DNA of 64,000 nt, from assembly GCA_030248215.1 (NCBI GenBank), contig JASANG010001414.1:682001-746000 (forward strand). The letters are read 5' to 3'. Shown here one piece after another: positions 60,601 through 64,000 of the stretch. The notes under the pieces are model-generated. The model saw only the letters and a program-made list of their open reading frames with translations, was not told the origin of the DNA and ran no database searches. The stretch is from Enoplolaimus lenunculus (Eukaryota). Positions within the stretch are counted from its first letter, which is position 1. Every line of letters starts with the position of its first letter. The translations under genes were made by a program, and so were the position numbers.

Positions 60601-63472
60601 TCGTGCAGTGAACGCCCCTTAAAGTAACATGGGTTCATGGATCGAACGAGTGTTTGTTCGACTTCAACTGAACAAAGTCGATACCCTTTATATTTTCTAG
60701 AGATTTCTTACTTCATTTGGATCCAATTTTTGGAAATTGTTACATTTTCAACTGGAATTACACTGTGAAAAAATTGAATAGTCGAGCTGGACCAATGTAT
60801 GGTAAGTGGATTTTTTTGATTTCACAACTATGTATTAAACTGTTGCATATGCACCGTTCTGACAGAGCACGACCAGGCGCAGGGGGGTGTAAGGATCAAA
60901 AAGGGTGTCCGACTCGTCCCGGTGTAAAAGTTTTTGTCCAGAGGTCTTAAGCAATTTTTTCAGTTGGTAACACAAAGCTCGACTTCAAAGATTTGTCGAT
61001 AGTACGTAACATCTTGCTGTTTGCACGAATTCCGCTGGCTACGCCTGCTGATTTGTACCGAGATTTAAACTGAGAATTTTAAATTTTTGAAACACTTTAA
61101 CCTCAGTTTTTGGTGTTTAGCAAACACGGGCGCTACGTTCTATAAAAATTTCGGCCCATGTTACTTTAAGGGGCGTTCAGGTTTCTGGTGGGTTTATAAA
61201 AGAGTAGGTTTAGACTCTAGATTATACTTTTCTGCTTAGGCATAGGCTTAGGGTTAGGAACACATTTTTGTTACGATGAGGCTTAGGTTTAGGAACACAT
61301 TTTTGTAACGCTTAGGCTTATGAATACGCTTAATCTACTGTTACGCCCCTTAAAGTAAAATTGGCCAATATTTACATGTAGGGTTTTTGGAAAGTTTTAA
61401 AAACCATGAACAAAATTCACAATGAGGGGGGTGTGGTTGACCCCTTGAACACCGTCTGCCTACGCCGTTGTCAAAGTTGCATTTTTAGGCCTACGCCTTT
61501 TGCTAAATGTGAACCAGTCAGATTATCTGTCAATCACAGAAATGGCAGGCGTGCGAATCAACGTTCACGACCAAACACAATTTCCGTTTCCGGACACTTT
61601 TGGCTACAGCGCTCCAGCCGGGTTTGTTTCGTCGTTTGGTTTGAAATCGGTAAGCTGGTATTTTAGACCAAAATAGTACAACAGAATTCTGCGTTTGTTA
61701 CCGTGTTGTAAATCAAAATTCAACGAATTTAGTACAAAATATTATAAACATTTCACTGTAAATTTAACAAATAGGAAAAAATTTGCAAAGTTGGTTATAA
61801 AAAGATAGAATAATACACTAAACTACAACCTTATACCAGGATTTAATGCTAAAATTGTGTTTGTCTTCTCGTTCGTATTATAATCTAAGAATTCGGCTGC
61901 TAGAACGCCGGTATTTAAGCGACACAACTTTAAGACACATTCCCGCTATATATAATTTGTAAACTTACATCTGGCAAAGCTTACAGTGAAACGTCTCTGT
62001 TTTAGCATATTATTACTCAGCATTAGTTTGAAATTCGTTCAAATGTATAGAACGGGGCCATAACAGCAGAATAAGGTATACTCCAAAGCCTAAACCTTAG
62101 CCAAGCCTAAACCTAGGCGTTCGAATGAGCTTATACGTAAGCCTAAGTCTAAGTAAAATAATTAGTCTAAAGCTTAAGCTTACAGTCCCGCGTAAAAACC
62201 GGTCCGCCCCTTATATTTACATGGGCCGAAATTTGATACACCTGAAAAGCCTGCATCTGTCCCTGTGTATAACAAAGAACGTAGTTTCTGCCGCTGTTTA
62301 TAACACAGAACTTAGCTTCTGCCCCTGTGTATAACAAAGTATTTAGTTATTTTATTACAGCATGTATTGGAACGATTATCTGAACCATACGGGAAATGTG
62401 TTGAAGATGGCAAAAACATTGATTACATTTATTCTCATAAATACTCAACTGAGGTAAGAAGCAGCGTTCAACAGCTTTCAAATATACTCACCACAGCGGC
62501 GAAAATATGGCTGTTTTGTAACTTGTTGCGTTCGATCGCAATTTCAATAGAAGGCAATATGTTTAAATTTGAACTAAACTGATAGCAAAACTGCAATATA
62601 CAGTGACAAGGATTCAACTGAAGCCCCAGTCACAAGTGTAAATTTTTGCAGCGAGTACTCGCAACTGGCACTTGCACGAAATACTTACAGCTGCAAGTAT
62701 TTTGAAATGAACATGCTGATTGATGTATCAAACTGCAGGTGCAAGAAATTCAAGCGACTTGCAACTGCGTTCACAGGTGCGAATTAAATTCAATAGCATG
62801 AATTCCAGTGTATAATGTGCAGCTGCAAGAACTTCAATGCTGTTTTGTGACCAAACTTGTACATGCAAGTGGTACGTGCCAGTTATTGCTGCAAATACTT
62901 TCACGTGCGTATAAGGCTTTATGCTTTGCCCAAATGCTCTGCTTGCATACCGTAACCAAACATTCAACTGCCGCCCATGGCAGGCATTTGAAGAGAAATG
63001 ATACACAGCTGATTTATGAGATATTATTTTATTATTATTATTATTATAATTATAATTATTTTTTACTTTTATGTCAATCTATGTACTTTACCTCAAAAAA
63101 CTTAAGCACGGGTAGTTATAAACGTCTGCTGAATACTGGCACGCCCGTTTGACCGGTATCCGTAAGAAGCAGAGAGGGCGCCAGAAGGGACGAGCTTACA
63201 GCGAAAAAATTCTGGCTCTCCTACCAAATTTTCAACGTTGCTTGTAAGTCATCGAAAACTCTTGTTTGATCCTGCTGAAAAATTAGTAGTCCTCTCAGTA
63301 AGGTGGCTGGCTACGGGCCTGATCTGACTTTAACATCGTCTACTATTCCGATTGCAGGGCTGCTATCGAAGTTGCTTTCAAAAACTGATCTTGAAAACGT
63401 GTGGCTGTGGCGATCCGCGGTTTCCTGTGCCCAAGTTCGGGCAAACCTGTAAAGCTGAAGATATACTGAAAA
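41959..63472 (+). CDS. Degenerin / DEG-ENaC sodium channel subunit, MEC-4/MEC-10/DEG-1/UNC-8/UNC-105 subfamily; 3'-truncated by the window
   Basis: join(41959..42678,51722..52198,54558..54656,56704..57082,58185..58366,59877..60034,60701..60801,61489..61649,62361..62453,63358..63472,>). Motifs FCSRTSSHG (HG motif), TM1, [13 protein letters not shown], Cys-rich domain, [67 protein letters not shown]. The ortholog cannot be named without a tree. Confidence 0.9.
43895..44134 (+). mobile_element. MITE family A (internal block duplicated)
   Basis: same TIRs and (GCCTAA)n core. Confidence 0.85.
46707..46868 (+). mobile_element. Degenerate hAT-like MITE family; other copies near 26580-26740, 39180-39330, 43275-43440, 60180-60305 and 63170-63320
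   Basis: ggcccgtagc..ggctac(g/a)g(g/a)cc ends; shared core gggttttcgatgacttacaagcaaggttgaa. Confidence 0.6.
48654..48855 (+). mobile_element. MITE family B
   Basis: GGCCAATGTATAGAACAGGGCCG..CGGCCCTGTTCTATACATGGGCC; TSD gaatacga/gaaaacga. Confidence 0.88.
49338..49753. repeat. 208-bp tandem duplication
   Basis: aaagtttctaggcttgacttttaaatttaagg.. at 49338 and 49546. Confidence 0.88.
51722..52198 (+). CDS. Degenerin exon: polyQ, HG motif, TM1
   Basis: tttcag|GTC..; [45 protein letters not shown] |gtaagt. Confidence 0.9.
52262..52451 (-). mobile_element. MITE family A
   Basis: diverged TIRs, (TTAGGC)n core. Confidence 0.8.
52732..53310. repeat. 194-bp tandem repeat x3
   Basis: ataattatgcttagacttata.. 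at 52732, 52926 and 53120. Confidence 0.92.
53183..53649. mobile_element. Fold-back MITE with long inverted arms and TA flanks
   Basis: ta|GGGTCTTTTCGGTTATCTCCC..GGGGATAACCAAAAAGGCCC|ta; inner arms gatgcagctt..ctgagtccaa..gattggttaacgag mirror 53390-53463. Confidence 0.75.
54278..54485 (+). mobile_element. MITE family B (TTAGGC-carrying), representative copy; others at about 2706-2894, 4901-5098, 8343-8540, 10060-10205, 17738-17921, 30060-30554, 34280-34440, 40082-40279, 40800-40974, 48654-48855, 49790-49950, 55120-55301, 57465-57656, 59596-59830, 62038-62227
   Basis: TIR GGCC(A/C)ATGTA(T/A)AGA; core gtaacagtagtataagcatattcctaagcctaagcc..aaattagtctaaagcttaagcttactctat; perfect 8-bp TSD aatcgaac here, 7/8 matches at 8343, 17738, 34280 and 48654. 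Confidence 0.88.
54558..54656 (+). CDS. Degenerin exon (post-TM1)
   Basis: tttcag| [33 protein letters not shown] |gtaag. Confidence 0.92.
55528..56462 (-). mobile_element. Second copy of the DINE-1/Helentron-like element
   Basis: reverse complement of 21480-22287, with one extra internal repeat unit. Confidence 0.78.
56704..57082 (+). CDS. Degenerin exon (Cys-rich extracellular domain)
   Basis: tttcag| [36 protein letters not shown].. |gtgcgt. Confidence 0.88.
58185..58366 (+). CDS. Degenerin exon
   Basis: ttttag| [34 protein letters not shown] |gtactt. Confidence 0.85.
58649..58868. mobile_element. MITE family F (GCTCGTATTCTCAAA TIR); other copies at about 3659-4100, 8325-8730 and 49010-49122
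   Basis: ggcccatattctcaaatg..ttttgagaatacgagc with subterminal palindrome cctatcacca..tggt(a/g)atagg. Confidence 0.72.
59877..60034 (+). CDS. Degenerin exon
   Basis: tttaag| [38 protein letters not shown] |gtaagt. Confidence 0.9.
60429..60635 (-). mobile_element. MITE family A
   Basis: perfect 8-bp TSD catggatc; (TTAGGC)n core. Confidence 0.88.
60701..60801 (+). CDS. Degenerin exon
   Basis: ttctag| [27 protein letters not shown] |gtaagt. Confidence 0.92.
61153..61366 (-). mobile_element. MITE family A
   Basis: GGCCCATGTTACTTTAAGGGGCG..CGCCCCTTAAAGTAAAATTGGCC. Confidence 0.88.
61489..61649 (+). CDS. Degenerin exon
   Basis: ttttag| [54 protein letters not shown] |gtaagc. Confidence 0.92.
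62361..62453 (+). CDS. Degenerin exon
   Basis: ttacag| [31 protein letters not shown] |gtaag. Confidence 0.92.
63358..63472 (+). CDS. Degenerin exon (gene continues past the window)
   Basis: ttgcag| [38 protein letters not shown] |gtaaaa. Confidence 0.92.
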
Positions 63473-63543
63473 GTAAAATATTACTTAATTTTAAGGCAAC
63501 TGGTTAATAAATGTTCTACTTGATCGGTCGGAAATGCTCTAAA

Positions 63544-63862
63544 TAGTACCATGAGTTCATGATACAAGAGTGTGCAACTTTTGGGGTCCGCACGGTACAA
63601 AATACACCACCTGGGGTTGCGTTTTTGACCGACCCCCCCTTATTTAGAGGGTGGTCGCTGTCACATGCAATACCCCAAAATTAAACTGTAAGCAGAGCAT
63701 TTTTGATGTCGGATCCATAAAGTGCCATGGTTCGCAACAGGTTGTACCTCCCTCTAAATAGGGTAGTCGGTCAAAAACGCAACGCGTGCCTGATACATTT
63801 TGCACCATGCGGGAAACCCCACGAGTTGCATACTCTTGTATCATCAACTCTTGGTGGTACTA
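63544..63862. mobile_element. Long-TIR MITE; relatives at about 160-527 and 26935-27135
   Basis: tagtacc..tgatacaagagtgtgcaact / agttgcatactcttgtatca..ggtacta. Confidence 0.7.
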
Positions 63863-64000
63863 AAACTATTAAACGGTGCTGTAGAATTTTGCTTAGCATT
63901 TCAGATATTGCGAGTAGTTAAGTATATATAGTTGAGCGGTGCTCAAGCTAAGATTAAAGTCAAAAGTTAAGTTTATATTTTAGGAATTTGCGTACGTAAT

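Overview
AT-rich, intron-containing animal DNA, most likely a nematode with a large, repeat-rich genome. The evidence is TTAGGC telomere-type hexamers, TTTCAG/TTTTAG acceptors and a MEC-4/UNC-8/DEG-1-type degenerin; the species cannot be fixed from the sequence. Two + strand genes were reconstructed by hand with GT-AG junctions and consistent phase. (1) 539-25929: 20 coding exons, 7049 nt, at least 2348 aa, 5' end outside the window. It encodes a PAN/Apple + ZP apical-matrix protein (NOAH/LET-653/NompA-like) with at least 6 PAN modules, a ZP module split by a ~690-aa Asn/Arg/Gly-rich linker, a furin site, one TM helix and a ~690-aa cytoplasmic tail. (2) 41959->63472: 10 exons seen, 3' end outside the window. 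It encodes a DEG/ENaC channel with a ~365-aa low-complexity, polyQ-containing N-terminus. Introns and intergenic DNA are full of small non-autonomous transposons. Most notable are two related ~200-bp GGCC-ended MITE families with 8-bp TSDs that carry TTAGGC telomere-like arrays (at least 23 copies). Also present: two DINE-1/Helentron-like elements, a 144-bp satellite inside a probable Helitron, other tandem arrays, nested insertions and degenerate tRNA-like sequences. No prokaryotic system, CRISPR array or intact transposase was found.
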